DNA of 64,000 bases from Octopus sinensis (lineage: Eukaryota). Both the position numbers and the translations under genes were made by a program. The notes below the pieces were generated by a model, which was given only the letters and a program-made list of their open reading frames with translations, did no database searches and was not told the DNA's origin. This document shows, one piece after another, positions 38,765-51,585 of this stretch. The stretch covers positions 42,160,001-42,224,000 of the forward strand of contig NC_043010.1 in the NCBI RefSeq assembly GCF_006345805.1, read 5' to 3'. Positions within the stretch are counted from its first letter, which is position 1, and every line of letters begins with the position of its first letter.

Positions 38765-38974
38765 GAACACGGGGAAATAAACGAGAGAGAGAATAAAAAA
38801 AATTATGGATTTAGCGGTCAATCATGGCGAATGGTTGAAAAAAGGTAGTTAGACAGGACACCTAAGAAGAAGGGGAGATAATAAAGTATTGATATATATA
38901 TGACACAGGTGTCATTTATATATATATAAATGGAGCATGGGTATAGTTATGTGTAGGCTTATTACATTCTACAT

Positions 38975-39060
<86 letters not shown>

Positions 39061-39726
39061 TTATTTATTTGTCTACGCAGCTGAGGTCTTTGTGTATGTG
39101 TGGGTGTAAGTTGTGATCATGTGTCCGTGGTTCATTGGCCTTTTGAACTTGAATTCCTTCACTAATTTCTATGGGTTTATTCGGGACACTAAATTCTCTA
39201 AGCTGCTTATCTTTGCATTTATCTTCTAGGTATTCTCAACTTTAAATAGGGTCATAACCCACTCGTACTTTTCCAGGAGTCATATTTATGAACTGAATTA
39301 AAATGCTAAGCCCCTCCTAACCCCTTCCCTTCCTTAAACTCCCTTCTCTATACTCTTTGCTTTTTCTGTCTTCTCCTTCTTTTTCATTCACCCACCAATT
39401 TTGATATATTCATTTATTTTTCACTTATTTTCTCATTGACCTTTACATTACTTTATTTCATTTCATTTTATTTTAAATATTACTTGTGTATGTGCGTGTG
39501 TGCACGTGTATTATATACATATGTATGTATCATATATATATACATGTATCTTTGTGTGTGTATGTGTATGTATATATGAACATATATATAAATATATATA
39601 TATGTGTGTGTGTGTGTGTATGTGCGTATGTGTGTGTATATGTATATATATGTGTGTGTGTATGTATATATGTGTGCGTGTATGTCTGTATGTACGTGTA
39701 TGTAGAGAGAGAGAGAGAGAGATAAG

Positions 39727-39798
<72 letters not shown>

Positions 39799-40074
39799 TT
39801 ATTTTTTTAGAAGATTACTTGGAAAAATTTGGCATGCTGTAAAACCTGCCTATATTGCATCTCGAATATATATCATTACTAGCTCATAACTACATACTGT
39901 GTATATTAAATGATACACACACACACACACACATACACAGATACACACACACACATGCGCACACACATTTTTATCTTAATTGGTACATATCTAAATAATC
40001 GTACATACATAACTATACATACAGACGCACACACACAAACACACACACATATTCATACATATGTGTATATGGAT

Positions 40075-40455
40075 GGAAGCACTCCGTCGGTTACGACGAC
40101 GAGGGTTCCGGTTGATCCGACCAACGGAACAGCCTGCTCGTGAAATTAACGTGTAAGTGGCTGAGCACTCCACAGACACGCGTACCCTTAACGTAGTTCT
40201 CGGGGATATTCAGCGTGACACAGAGAGTGACAAGGCCGGCCCTTTGAAATACAGGTACAACAGAAACAGGAAGAAAGAGTGAAAGAAAGTTGTGGTAAAA
40301 GAGTACAGCAGGGATCACCACCATCCCTGCCGGAGCCTCGTGGAGCTTTAGGTGTTTTCGCTCAATAAACACTCACAACGCCCGGTCTGGGAATCGAAAC
40401 CGCGATCCTACGACCGCGAGTCCGCTGCCCTAACCACTGGGCCATTGCGCCTCCA
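40075..40455 (-). mobile_element. tRNA-derived SINE (OR1-like head), young full copy
   Basis: Head tggcccagtggttagggcagcggactcgcgg...ggtttcgattccc has A and B boxes. Confidence 0.85.
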
Positions 40456-40539
40456 CTTATGTGTATATATATTCTCACGAACACTCGATATACATCTGCT
40501 CAGCATAACATATGCACTTACATGCAAATTGGCATTCCA

Positions 40540-40847
40540 TCGGTTACGACGTCGAGGTACCAGCTGATCCGATCAAAAGAACAGTTTGCTCATGAAATTA
40601 GAGTGCAGGCCGTTGAGCACTTCACAGACATGTGACCCTTCACGTAATTCTCACGGAGACTTAGCGTGACACAGAACGTAACAAGACTAGCCTTTTGAAT
40701 CACAAGTAGTACAACTCAATTTTGCCCGCTGAATGGACTGGAGCAACGTGAAATAAAGTATTTTTCTGAAGAACTCACGAACTCCGGGAACCAAAATCTC
40801 GACCTTATGATCATGACCCGACCCTAATCAATAAGCCACGCGCCTTC
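40540..40847 (-). mobile_element. CORE-type SINE sharing its tail with 40075-40260
   Basis: 3' part is colinear with 40088-40260; 5' part is CORE-like. Confidence 0.7.
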
Positions 40848-41427
40848 ATTCACAAACACACATACATACTAAGCATACACACATACACACATACACACGC
40901 ACACATACGTAAGTACGTACGTACGTATGTATGTATGTATGTATGTATGTATGTATGTATGTATGTATGTATGTATGTATGTATGTATGTATGTATATGT
41001 ACGTGCATGTATTAATAACGACCATTTCTAAGGATGTCCAAGTAATTATATATTTGAAAAGAAAATAAATGATATAAAAGTGTGTTACACGCAATCTGAA
41101 GAAAGTATATTTTCAGTCGCATAGTTGTTACTAACTGTTGCACAGAGAAGAGAGAGAGAGAGAGAGGTGGGGATTTGGCGATTCAGAAGGTGTACTCAGT
41201 CCATAAGATATTTCTTAAAGTGTTCTTTAAGTAGTGTTGTCCAATTTATGAGGTACAGTTTTTTTGTAATGTACGATGCTGGTAAAAACTGCATCTATTT
41301 TGAATATACAGGGATGAATTTAGATCATTCTCTATTCTAAAAAAATTAAAATCAGGACATTGCATTAAGTAAAAAATAATTAATATAATATAATTACTAT
41401 ACAATACCACATTTAAAACTTCTATAT

Positions 41428-41671
41428 ATAGGTTCCCCACCTGGACGGGACGGCGGTCCATCGCAGGTGAGCTGCAAGATGCAGGAGGAGGAAAGAGTGA
41501 GAGAAAGTTGTGGCGAAAGAGTCAGCAGAAATTTCGCCATTACCTTCTGCCGGAGCTGCGTGGAGCTTAGATGTTTCGCTCATAAACATACACAACGTCC
41601 GGTCTGAGATTCGAACCCGTGATCCCTCGACCGCGAGTCCGCTGCTCTAACCATTAGACCATGTGCCTCCA
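41428..41671 (-). mobile_element. tRNA-derived SINE, OR1-like head plus V-domain-like tail
   Basis: Head like 40300-40455; tail cctgcgatggaccgccgtcccgtccaggtgggg. Confidence 0.75.
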
Positions 41672-42132
41672 CTATGAACTAATAGTATTGAAGTAAACTA
41701 CTGAATTTGAAATATAATGCTGATACTTGACTGTGTCTTTGGAGAGACCAAGTTCTTTCACACACTGGCTAAGTAGATCGGAAAAACTTTTCTTCTGGGA
41801 ATGATGACCAAATTGGATTACTTCCTAACAATTGAAGTTAATGGATTCTCTACAAGATCAATACACAAGCACATTATATGGATTTGCTAAGACATCGCGA
41901 ACGTTATTATTTCAATAGCCAATTGTAAAGTACTATAGTCAACAAGGAAGCTCGTTTAACAGACCACAATATAACGCAATACGCATAGAACTAAACTAGT
42001 CCACCCTGATTTGCATAATATCTGCACTACACGGCATTTAGAAATTATCTATGTTGTCAATTAATGCAGTGTTATACAAATAAGGACAGACCGTTTTAAT
42101 TCATAGATTTACTTAATCGGTGGCCATTTGAC

Positions 42133-43026
42133 CAGGGCCGTCGCATGACTTTTAGAGGTGCCCTGCAACTTTTTGTTTCGAGGTTCCATCTCTTCAATCA
42201 AAATTCATAATCTACGCACATTTTATTCATAGCTATATTTTACTTTATTCGATCTGAAGTTCAATATTTCTCGTTATCCTAAAGAACATATTTAAAAGTA
42301 CAAGTTAAATTTAATTTGGGGCTGGAACTATCGTATAATTTCATGTTTCGGAAGGCCAACATTCAATAGGGTTGAATATTTATTCGATGGACTCACAAAT
42401 ATCAGAAGACAAACATTTCAAAATAACAACTGGGAAGTATAGTTGTCTCAGTCTTTGTGTGCAAAGAAATTTATTCAAGAACATTAATATACAAAGAATT
42501 TTCAGTCTAAAACAAAAGCAAACTATTTCAAATTATATATTTTTGAAAAATAGACGAGAACGTTTTCAAAGACTTGATAACAGACGAAAAAGCCTTTTTT
42601 AGATTCTATATTTCTTTGTTAGCTGTTGCAATACTTCGATTGGATAGACAATTCTGCAATTCAGACTGTAAAGTCAAAATGTCAAAGATGCAAAATATGA
42701 AGAATTTCTTACCTTTTTCTGAAATCACAAATTCGAGGAAAAAATAGAACTTTGCAAACTAAAATACGTCGATCACAAACTAGTTACCACAGAAGAATTG
42801 AGATGCTTGGTGACAGTGAGCAAACGATATTTGTGCATAGATAGATACATAGACACACATACATACACACACAAACTTCTATGTGTGTGTGCACGCGCGC
42901 CCCTTGCTTTTGGTTCAGAAAGAATTTCGTCACAAGTTTTTATTGCCTTGGGAGATCAAAGGCCACTGTTCTGGGTACAAAGTGACCAGCCTTTCAACAA
43001 CGTCAAATGACAACGCCATATATATA

Positions 43027-43061
<35 letters not shown>

Positions 43062-43064
43062 CAG

Positions 43065-43120
<56 letters not shown>

Positions 43121-43322
43121 AAGAAAGAGAGAGAGAGAAAGAGGGGGAGACAAACAGACTAAGAGATGTGTGTGTGTGTTTGGTTCACGTCTATCTATCT
43201 ACCTACCTATCGACCCGAGCTGGCAAAAGCTTTGTGAATGGATTTGGTAGGCGGAAACAGAAGAAAAAACAGTATATGTGTGTGCACGTGAGCATGTGTC
43301 AGTGTGTGTGTATGTATGTATG

Positions 43323-43356
<34 letters not shown>

Positions 43357-43803
43357 TGTGTGTGTGTATGTATGTATGTATGTATGTATGTATGTATGTA
43401 TGTATGTATGTATGTATGCTTGTGTGTGTATGTCTGTTTGTATGTTTAAGTATATATCATCACCCTTTATCACCACTGTTTATTTTTCTGGTCTTTTCTG
43501 TTGAAGTTGTTCTTATTTTCACTATTTGGGATTTCTTTCGTTTTCTTTTATCTTCCTAGGGAATTCGTTGACCAGCTTTTTCCTCTTACATTTTTCGTTT
43601 GTTTAAAATTTATTTTGCGGTACACACGCGTATCTTTTTCCTCGTCTGGCTTGAAATTTTCAGTTAGCACCTTAACCAATGTAGGTAGATGTCTCATCTA
43701 TGTACTTTGATCTTAACAAGTAGCCCCCTCAACCGTGGAGGACCCCTCAACCGCGGAGGCCCCCTGCCACCGCAGGGGTTGCATGGGTTTAGCGACGGCC
43801 TTG
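42133..43803. mobile_element. Non-autonomous hAT transposon with 8-bp TSD
   Basis: TIR cagggccgtcgc / gcgacggccttg; TSD catttgac at 42125-42132 and 43804-43811. Confidence 0.85.
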
Positions 43804-44137
43804 CATTTGACACTAAATATTAAAACAGTTTGGGATCTATAACACATAAAAAGAAAATACAATTGAGACAAACCAAAGACAATGATTTCGAAATCCGTAA
43901 TATATTTGCCTTTTATATTTTATATGTTTCACACATTGGACTGTGGCCATGCTGGGGCTCTACCCGTAGGGATTTTTAGTTGAACGAATCGACTTCACTA
44001 TTTATTTTTTAAAGCCTGGTACTTATTCTATCGTTTCCTTTTGATGAACTACTATGTATCGGGGACATAAACAAACTCAAAGAGAATCACATACGCACAC
44101 GCACGTACGTACGTACGGACGTACATACATACATACA

Positions 44138-44167
<30 letters not shown>

Positions 44168-44168
<1 letters not shown>

Positions 44169-44357
44169 TGGGTCATCCCATAAATAATGCGGTTTTTTCA
44201 ATTGCATGAACTAAAAGTCGGTGATGGGGACGAGATAAACTACCTGCACCAACTAGCAATAAAGCCTTGTTACTTATTCTTAGTGCAAGTTTTGAAGTGT
44301 GCAGTTCGATTTTAACAGTTGTGTTTTCAAAGCTATGATGGAAGTGATGAAGGAGCA
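44168..44357 (+). mobile_element. Mariner 5' fragment
   Basis: TIR-like ttgggtcatcccataaataatgcgg after TA, then a truncated start MEVMKE. Confidence 0.6.
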
Positions 44358-44679
44358 GTAATTTTATTAAGCTGAATACACGTCATTTATTGGTTGAAAT
44401 TACCGAAATACGACACCTTTAACAACAAATAACTTCCAAAATACAGAATTTTCTCAACAACGCCAAGAGTAAAATATGTTTTATGTGACACATTCTACCA
44501 GTATACGAAGTTTGAAAATGTTTAGTTTCAAGAAATTACTTTTTTAAATCTAGTTTCCGTCTACCAAATCTATTCAGAAGACTTTGGTAAAAAACACTCT
44601 CCCAAGGTGCCACGCATCGATATTGAACCCGGAACTACGTGGCTGAAAATCAAAATTCTAACATCAGAGCCATCAACCA

Positions 44680-45830
44680 TGTCCTTCTTGTGTCCAGGGG
44701 CAGCTTGTAAGACTATCCAGTTCCTTCTATGTTGTGTCGTATGCAGCAGTCTGTCTCTTCTTCTAGTCGATTCTTTGATAATCTAACTCCATAAACATCT
44801 TTGAAGGCCTTTTGCTCTCTTACCTTCAGCACTTTCCATCAGGATGATGTTGGGAGAAAGTGAATTGTGGTACATTGTATATCCAAAAGGCAATACCTTT
44901 CCGGGCTTGATTCTCGGAATTGGTGTCTGTGGACTTTCAACTTTTCTAGTATTGCACCAGTTGTTATCTTTCCTGCTTATTCAGTCAAATTTGCGGAAGT
45001 TCCACACCTCAAAACCTTCGTCTTTTCCTCCACTTTTGCGCAGATTCTCCCAGTTTCCTCACCGTAAAGGACAGTTGGCCTAATATAACAGTTTACTAGG
45101 CTCCATTTCAGGTGCAGTCTTGTCTTTTGAGCTGAAGATCATTTTCAGTTTTTTAAACGTAGTTTTAGCTTTATTTACTTTCTGAGTAACTTCTACACGG
45201 CGACATTCCTAGTTTATTCTTTGTTCTAGATGCATGAAGTTTTTTATTTGATCAAGCTTTTGTCCACCTACCTTTATATAAGCTTCCTTTTGTTCTGTCT
45301 TACTAATAACCATTGTCTTTGTCTTTTACATCAAAAATTTCTGGCAAGTTCTTATTACTGTCAGCCAAGAATACTGTATCATTAGCATATCTTACATTGT
45401 TTATGTTCATTCCATTGACTGTGAATTCTTTGATCTCATTTTACTTTGTAAATAGATATTAAATAGGTATGGTGATAACACATATGACACACATACTTGA
45501 ATAACACCTATTTTGATCTCCGCTGATTCAGATAACTCCTTCTCTATTTTGATGTCTGCCATTTGGAGCCAGTATAAAACACAGATAATTTCTAATGTCT
45601 TTTTCCTCTAAGTCGGCTTTTTTTTTAAAGAAGTGATGATCTCTTTGTGCTGCATGCTGTCAAATGCCTTACATTATCTGTGAAGCAAGCAAACAGATCT
45701 ATTTGTACCCGCGTTAGCTTTTGTGGTGGCTTTTTCAAGCAGAATATGCCATCACTTGTATGTCGCCATGAGTCCAAACTGTTGTTCAACAACTCCAGCA
45801 TTTAGTTCGCTTTTTATTACTTCAAGCATG
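44680..45830 (-). pseudogene. RTE-clade LINE RT remnant
   Basis: GMNINNVRYANDTVFLA (YADD-like); KTKTMVI motif. Confidence 0.75.
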
Positions 45831-46110
45831 ACTAAGTAACTATAAGAAATATTATTGCATTAAATATTTATCATTGAAATGACAATAATGTATATGTATG
45901 TATATATGTATGTATGTATGTATTATCTATCAATCTATCTATCTTTTTTTATTTTTTTTTTGTTGTTTTTTTTTGTTTTTTTTTTGTTGTTTTTTTCATC
46001 CCCCAAAAGAAAAGCTCTACCTTGTAACTTGTCCCATCTGTGTGCAGCCCTGTGTGGCCAATAAAGAAACTTATCTATCTATATAGCTATCTATCTATTT
46101 ATAGATACAG

Positions 46111-47067
46111 TAAAAAAGGGTAGAATTAATTAATTGTTAATCAATTCGACCAAGCAGTATTCGGTATGTAAAAAGACCATTTACGGTATATTTGAAGTAT
46201 TAATTTATAAAAATATGCTAAAGTAAAAAAATTCACTTTACCGCACACCGAACTTTTCAGAAATAGCAGCCAAAAATTTGGCTATTTCTTCAACTGCAAG
46301 TAAAGGTCTCCAGACAATCTTATATGGATGTGATCTTTCATTGTTTTTCCCTTATACCTATGTGAGTTATTTTCTGAGTATACATTGTCTGGAGACCTTT
46401 ACTTGCAGTTGAAGAAATAGCCAAATTTTTGGCTGCTATTTCTGAAAAGTTCGGTGTGCGGTAAAGTGAATTTTTTTACTTTACCATATTTTTATAAATT
46501 AATACTTCAAATATACCGTAAATGGTCTTTTTACATACTGAATACTGCTTGGTCGAATTGATTAACAATTAATTAATTCTACCCTTTTTTACTGACAATA
46601 TAATGCTTTCTCTCCAAGAATTTGAACTACAGTTTTTGCCTCTGTAGGAATGTACTACTCTATGACTCACGTGGGTGGACAGGGAGAATAATAGATCTCA
46701 TTTGTATTTTTGGATTCGCTAGTACTGGTTGTCCGGCATAGTTTGGCCGATGTTACAGATATCGGACGGGTATGTTTGATTCTTAGTATTTTCAAATCTA
46801 AATCAGAAGAAATCTCTGAGCTGATGAAGGAAAAGTGGCGTTTAACCCACGAATCCAGAAACAGGCTGTCCTCGGGTATCTTATATGGATGTGATCTTTC
46901 ATTGTTTTTCCCTTATACCCATGTGAGTTATTTTCTGAGTATACATTGTCTGGAGACCTTTACTTGCAGTTGAAGAAATAGCCAAATTTTTGGCTGCTAT
47001 TTCTGAAAAGTTCGGTGTGCGGTAAAGTGAATTTTTTTACTTTACCATATTTTTATAAATTAATACT
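46111..47067 (+). mobile_element. Non-autonomous retrozyme/mini-Penelope insertion with 15-bp TSD
   Basis: TSD tatttatagatacag at 46096-46110 and 47068-47082; inverted arms 46108-46318 vs 46384-46594; direct repeat 46317-46507 vs 46878-47068; internal HHR. Confidence 0.85.
46816..46875 (+). ncRNA. Type-I hammerhead ribozyme, canonical core
   Basis: CUGAG CUGAUGA a GGA aaa GUGG-cguuuaac-CCAC gaa UCC a GAAA CAGGCUG UC CUCGG; predicted GUC cleavage after 46870. Confidence 0.8.
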
Positions 47068-47082
47068 TATTTATAGATACAG

Positions 47083-47114
<32 letters not shown>

Positions 47115-47189
47115 TATATATATATAAGTATATGAAAGAATGGAGTTGAACGACTAGTTAACAAATATCCTTTATATATATATATATAT

Positions 47190-47348
47190 ACGACGGGCTT
47201 CTTTCAATTTCTATCTAGCAAATCCATTCACAAGGCTTTGGACCCGAAGCAATAGTAGAAGACAATTACCCAAAGTGCCACACATTTGAGTGAACCGAAA
47301 CCATGTGGTTTAGAAACAAGCTTCATACCATATAGCCATGCCTGTGCC
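47190..47348 (-). mobile_element. SINE family A 5' half
   Basis: Similar to the reverse complement of the family A head. Confidence 0.8.
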
Positions 47349-47440
47349 GTCTTGTGAACGTCGTCTTGTTGTTTTGTTAGACAGACAGATAGATAGTGAG
47401 AGAGAGGGATAGGGAGAGATTAAATTAACAAATGAAAAAC

Positions 47441-47980
47441 CAAACTATTTACCACCACTCGAAAAAAAAAGCATTTAATTTAGATAGAAAATATAGACAT
47501 ATAGAGACTCTTAACGCTGTTTCTAGAATAGCCAAATATGTGGATCATTATATTGAATTAGGATTCTATAAGCTGAGTATATCGTCATCAGAGAGGGAGA
47601 GTCAGATAAATGTCAAAATGAAGAAATATCCGCCATCGAGAATGCTATTAATACGTTCCAGTTTGTCAAAATTGAAGAAAGGATCAGAGTAAAATAAATA
47701 TGCATTGTGCATGTGTTCATGGAGCTGCGTAATGCATATCTATTTTACTCTAATCCTTCTTTCATTTTTGACAAACTGGAATGTACTGATATTCTCGATT
47801 GCGGATTATTCTTCGTTTTGACATTTATCTGATTTTTCCCTCTCTGATACTCAATTTATGGAATCCTTACTCAATATCTTGATCCACATGCTTGGCTATT
47901 TTAGAAACAGCTGTAAAAATACTTTTATATGTTCAGTCTAAATTAAATGCCTTTTTTTTCGGGTGATTTCAAATGTTTTG
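47441..47980. mobile_element. Old foldback element (about 260-bp diverged arms)
   Basis: 47441-47711 resembles the reverse complement of 47726-47980. Confidence 0.75.
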
Positions 47981-48180
47981 AAATGTGTGTACGTATGGGT
48001 ATGTGTTGCGTGAGTATATGTGTGTCTATGAGTCTGTATGTGCACGTATCAGTATATGTGTAGATATATGTATATATTATATATGTATATGTATGCACAT
48101 ATACATGTATATCTGTATGTAAAATAAAAATTTTTTAAAGATTTTGAATTTTAACCATCATCTGCGAAAATAGTGACATA

Positions 48181-49398
48181 CAGGGCTTGGACAAAATAAT
48201 GGAAACACCTAGCATCATAGCATCATAATTTGGAAACAAACTATAAAACTGTCAAAAGCTTGTTTATTTTTATATTATATTTTTTAAATCTATATGTTTT
48301 GCTAAAATTGCTGTTTCTTTTCAGATATCATCAGAAAAAGGTAATTAAAATTCATTGAAATGACAGATCTATCGAACTTTCAAAGAGGTCAAATTGTTGG
48401 TGTTCGTATGATAGGAGATTTCGTAACGAAAACCGCCGAAATGTTTGTGTATCAAGAAGTACTGTCGCAAAAGTAATGGCAGCCTTTGAGAAAGAGGGAA
48501 AAACCTCCTCGTCGAAGCAAAACTCCGGAAGAAAACCAAAATTTTCAGATAGGGACCGTCGGATTCTTACGCAAATTGTTTGAAGGATCACAAAAGTTCA
48601 GCTCTCAAAATTACTGCAGAGATTAATGACCACCACGAGAACCCAGTTTCCACAAAAAGCTGTTCGCCGGGAGCTGCACAAAGCTGGATTTCACGCGAGG
48701 GCTGCCATCAGAAATCCACTACTTTCAAAAACAAACGTTGAAAAGAGTTAAAAGTAGAGTAAAAACCTACAGAATTGATCCCTAGAGCAGTAAAAGAATG
48801 TTATTTTCTCGGACGAGTCATCCTTTACCATATTTCCGACCACCGGCCGAGTATACGTGTGGAGATAGCCAAAAGAAGCATTGACCCAGACTGCCTTTTT
48901 CCAACTGTTAAACATAGAGGAGGATCTATGATGATATGGGAGCCTATATATTGGCAGAATTAATAGTCAAGACTATTTAAGCATTTCATCTGATCAAACT
49001 CATCCTATGGTTGCAGAATTGTTTCCGGAGGGAAATGCAATCTTTCAGGATGATAATGCACCAATTAACACAGCTAAAATTGTTACTGAATAGTACGAGA
49101 AACATTATAGTGAAGCTGAACATCGTTTCTGGCCACCACAGTCCCCAGATATCAATATTATTGAACATTTATGGAGCGTTTTAGAAAAACAAGTAAGGAG
49201 TCGATATCCTCCTCCATCACTACAAGAACTGTTTTAGCTGAAGAATGAAGAAAAATTCCTTGGAAACAATTCAAACTCTGTACGAGTCCATACCTTGTAG
49301 ACTTCAAGCTGTAACTACTGCCAAAGGCGGTCCAACCCCATATTAAAATAGATTTGTTTGAAATTTTAAGGTGTTTCCATTATTTTGTCCAACCCCTG
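48181..49398 (+). mobile_element. Tc1 (DD34E-type) transposon, full-length but frameshifted
   Basis: 30-bp TIRs with TA TSD; MTDLSNFQRGQIVG from 48360, IFSDES, FQDDNAP, WPPQSPDINIIEHLW, GGPTPY*. Confidence 0.92.
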
Positions 49399-49546
49399 TA
49401 TATATGTGTGTAGATGGATAAGCGTATATGTGTGAGTGCGTATACGTTTTTATAAGATTGTGTGAGCGTGTACATATGTGTAGGTAGCTTATATTTGCGT
49501 GTATGTATTTGCGGTGGTGAGAGGGACATATATATATATACATATG

Positions 49547-49599
<53 letters not shown>

Positions 49600-49879
49600 T
49601 TCGACAGAGTAACATTCATATATACAAGTTGAACAGACACACATATCAGTACATATACATACGTTCACATGTACATGCACATATACACACACAGAGACAC
49701 ACTTATATACCTAAATACTCTTATACATACATAAGTACATACACACACACACATACACATACATACATACATACATACTACATACATACATACATACATA
49801 CATACATACATACATACATACATACATACATGCATGCATGCATGAACAAACTATTACTTTCTCAGATGCTGCACGGAAT

Positions 49880-49930
49880 TTTGTCAGTGAACAGGTTGAG
49901 GTTTTAAAGCGACGAAAATATTTTGGCAAA
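49880..49930 (+). ncRNA. Type-I hammerhead, G3-C8 family, second copy
   Basis: UUUGUCA GUGAACA G GUUGA...GCGAC GAAA AUAU UU UGGCAAA; flanks homologous to 7195-7300. Confidence 0.65.
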
Positions 49931-50009
49931 TTCAAATTTAAATGTTGAAGTGAATCTAACGGTTTTTGTGTTTTTAAATGGCCTATAAACACCTTCCACG
50001 CTGCAATTG

Positions 50010-50041
<32 letters not shown>

Positions 50042-50044
50042 ATA

Positions 50045-50285
50045 TAAGGAAAACAAGACAAGGTAGAAAATGCTTATATAATTTGATCTTGAAGAACGTT
50101 TTAGTACCGGTTTTAGCCTTTGCGACTTTTTCAAGCGTGAAAAACAATTAAACTAAGGAAAAATGAAATGAAATATTCTTTAGAAATATTTCCATAGCTT
50201 ACAAATGCAAGGGACATTTTCCTTTTTTCTGTCTGTCTCTGTCTCTCTCTTTTTTTTTTTTACTCTTGCGAGTTCTAGGTAGTTG
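50045..50285 (-). mobile_element. Penelope-like pLTR fragment with U3-A8 HHR motif (50102-50136)
   Basis: UUGAAAA AGUC-gcaaa-GGCU AAAA CCGG UA; homolog of 2065-2320. Confidence 0.6.
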
Positions 50286-50385
50286 GCAGCAGCTAGCAGT
50301 TTTATATGAGATTTTATCGTTGATTATTTAAGCAGCAGTAGTAGTAGAGAAAGGAGGTGGCGAAGAAGAAGTATGTATGTATGTC

Positions 50386-50417
<32 letters not shown>

Positions 50418-50574
50418 TGTATGTATGTATGTATGTATGTATGTATGTATGAGCGCAGGAGCAATCTTAGAGATCTCTAGTTTCTGAAGTTGTGGAGTTT
50501 GGGAGCGTGTGTATTTGTGTGTATATTTGCGTGTGTGTTTGCGTATGTATGCGTGTGTGTGAGAGAGAGAGAGA

Positions 50575-50717
50575 GATAAGAAAGAAAGAAAGAAAGAAAG
50601 AAAAAAGAAAGAAAGAAAGAAAGAAAGAAGAAAGAAAAGAAAAAAGAAAGAAAGAAAAAAGAAAGAAAGAAAGAAAGAAAAAAGAAAGAAAGAAAGAAAG
50701 AAAAAAGAAAGAAAGAA

Positions 50718-50760
<43 letters not shown>
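50575..50760. repeat. (GAAA)n/(GA)n purine tract
   Basis: Direct observation. Confidence 0.95.
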
Positions 50761-50762
<2 letters not shown>

Positions 50763-51369
50763 AAGGTAAAGAGAAGCTCTTTCAATTTGTCCCACAAAAT
50801 TTCTCTCTTCCAAAAGCGTTTTTGGGTTACTCATTTTTGCTTCTTCAGTATTCAGTTCCCGAAGTGTTCTGTACAAATGTAAATATAAGGGTATATTGCA
50901 CAGGTTCTGTTTGTGTGTTTACTTCGTCGTCATTCTTTATCTCGGCCATTTGAGTTTTATGTTCCTGGGTACATTGTATATGAAGCAAAGACAGAACACT
51001 CTCATGACTGGAACTGATGTTATGATCACTACTTTGATCATTGTGATCATAGATACACTCAATGGAGGCTGAACTGGTTTAAGCAACAACAGTGCTCGAC
51101 TTACTAACGGCTACAATCTGTGTCCTCTGCACATTATTTACACTGTGATCAGCGAACACTTGACCGCGAATACTGTTACAGTCCGACTGATAGAATAAAA
51201 AATGCTGATCTGTCATTGAAGCCTTCCAATTTAAAATATTCTGTCTCGTAATTTTTCGTGCAGTTTCTTAATGAAGAAGCTCTATATAAAGTATTTGCAA
51301 TAAGAATCTAATTTTGCAAACTGCTTATTTTCATCTTCTCGAAGAGTATCCAATATTAAGTGAGTACAA

Positions 51370-51585
51370 AGTGGCGATTTAGCAGAATTGTTGGCACGCC
51401 GGACGCAATGCTTGGCGTCATTTTGTCTGTCTTTATGTTCTGAGCTCAAATTCTGCCGAAGCCAACTTTGCTTTTCATCCTTTTGGAGTCGATAAAATAA
51501 GTACCAGTTGAACTCTGGGATCAATATAATCGACTTACACCCTCCCCCAAAATTACTGCCATTGTGCTAAAATTTCAAACCAGCA
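51370..51585 (+). mobile_element. SINE family B, older subfamily
   Basis: Head and core similar to 13122-13290, with an alternative tail. Confidence 0.8.

Noticed and set aside
40380-40455. tRNA-like sequences (also 41600-41671 and 63310-63380)
   Set aside because: They are SINE heads continuing into SINE bodies, not tRNA genes.
46395-46466. Second HHR-like fold in the retrozyme repeat (CAGUUGA-stem-GAAAAGUUC)
   Set aside because: Two core mismatches and no stem I adjacent to the core; only a hairpin is supported.
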